A stretch of 64,000 nucleotides of DNA from Chrysomallon squamiferum. Lineage: Eukaryota > Animalia > Mollusca. The position numbers and the translations under genes were made by a program. Each line of letters opens with the position of its first letter. Within the stretch, counting starts at the first letter, position 1. Shown here piece after piece: positions 62,421-64,000 of this stretch. Under the pieces are notes generated by a model. That model did no database searches, was not told the origin of the DNA, and saw only the letters and a list, made by a program, of their open reading frames with translations. Location: the NCBI GenBank assembly GCA_012295275.1, contig CM022672.1:26288001-26352000 (forward strand), written 5' to 3'.

Positions 62421-64000
62421 ATAACTAATATAAACTAAGATAAACTAAAAGTAGCAGAACTTTATAAAAGTTGGCACAAGAAAAATGAATGTGTGTGCAT
62501 GTATTCACTGTGATGAAAATCACAGCATGTCAGTATGTGTGCTCTCCATCTAAAAATAAACATTGTCTTTCATTCATTTGTTTGTTTCCTTCTACAAATG
62601 TGTCATGCTGTGAACAACAAAACACACTAATCAGTGAGATCTTGTTAGATGAGGCATTAAAACATTGACAAGTTTTTCAGTATAGGATTCTGTGTGATAC
62701 TTTCTGTGTGTTACATTTTGGATAATACCTAAATAGTATAGCAAACCTGGCACACACCTCACTTATAATATACAACATCTGTGTGCCTTTCTGCTGTGTG
62801 TACTGGAAATAGCTTTTTTTCCTCACGAACAAGTGGTATAGTTCATCAGTCTTGTGGTTAAGTAACAATGTTCATTTAGCTTGTAATGAAGAATCCTGTC
62901 TGTTATGTTTCCCTGGAGTCTGTGAGGAATGATTAGAGTAAGTAAAGTTATATAATTTGGATTGCTTATTAGTTTGTTTTCTACAGACACCAGCCTGACA
63001 TAGGTCATTGTCTTGTTTGAAGAGATGCAGAGCTGGAGTAAAACTCAGAAACACATCATCATACCAAATAATAAAGATTGCATTAAACATAGTTCATATA
63101 TCAGATAAGTAAAATAATGTGAGCAGGGAAATAGATAGAAATACATTTAAAATTATTTTGTGTATCTCAACAGTAACACTGCTAACAGAAACAATAACAA
63201 AAATATCCTCAGAAATGTTTTTTTTTATATTAATTACAGTGCTTTCATGCCACAGAAAACTAAATAATTTTAATTAAATGTTTTCTTATATTGCTGACAT
63301 AAATGTCAATTTTACAGTTAACAGTAATATTCAGCTACATCAGTTGATGGAATTATTAAAAGTTATTTGATCTACAAATATAATTAAGTATTGATTTGTT
63401 GAACATTAATAGGTTATGTCATTACATATCATTAATTACCTTTCTTGGGGTTCTGTGTAATTACTGGGGAATCAGATTTGCTAAAAACAAACAAATAAAT
63501 ATGCTGTTAAGTGAAGTTTGTTTATTTCAGTTGTTTTATTAAAAGTGATGAAACCCAGTTTGTACGCCAACATTGTGTACATCTGTATTTTGGATTTGTT
63601 TAACTTTTCTTCTTGATTTTTTTTTTTTTAAATGAAAAGTAGCTAGTAGAATTCACTAGATAAACAACAATGAGTTTGAGAAGTGTTGTAAATACATGGC
63701 TCCATGTATATTTTAGTATCACTTGTTAGTTTGCACGTGTCCATTTCTCTTAGATCTAGGATAGGATCAATACTATCAACTTCTGTTTTTTGAATCTTAT
63801 CCATCTCAAACAACTTTTTCTTGTCTGATGTATACTAGTCTGTGGACCAGCTCTTCACAGTTCAATGTTTTCATACAATGCTTTAAAACTCTTCCTTATA
63901 CTTACTTTGCTTTTTGTATGTATTGGCACAAACTGGAAGGAAAAAAAATCCTTAAAAGAGTAAAAGCCACGTGTTTGTCAGCTCTTCAAGAAAATCATCT

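Noticed and set aside
62677-63090. Three overlapping minus-strand ORFs
   Set aside because: Short, non-ATG starts, no motifs or consistent splice sites.
42405-64000. SLK coiled-coil (PKK) exons
   Set aside because: No E/K/Q/R-rich coiled-coil exon was found; they presumably lie beyond 64000.

Overview
AT-rich, intron-rich animal genomic DNA, probably a mollusc (inferred from a SINE-like repeat and base composition). It is not prokaryotic, and most ORF-track entries are microsatellite or AT-rich noise. Two protein-coding genes lie head-to-head about 4 kb apart. (1) A complete 6-exon acid sphingomyelinase-like phosphodiesterase 3 gene (SMPDL3B-like, 455 aa, signal peptide and GPI-type tail) on the minus strand, 17728->12626. 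(2) The 5' part of an STE20-like kinase SLK/STK10/Slik gene on the plus strand: 13 exons reconstructed at 21744-42404, then a >21 kb intron running off the window. Probable 5' exons of a third, minus-strand gene lie at about 7588-7830 and 3675-3751. The most notable observation is a 175-codon exon-like ORF (57675-58199) in the giant SLK intron, whose splice sites match the phase-2 junction just before the coiled-coil region; with a second short candidate at 43589-43620, it suggests kinase-less or insert-bearing SLK isoforms. Also present: a ~150-bp segment shared between an SLK intron and an SMPDL3 intron with duplicated flanks, a sharp CpG-depletion boundary at the start of the SLK gene body, a decayed mariner-like element, a SINE-like relic and several mini/microsatellites. 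All calls come from manual reading; no database searches were run.
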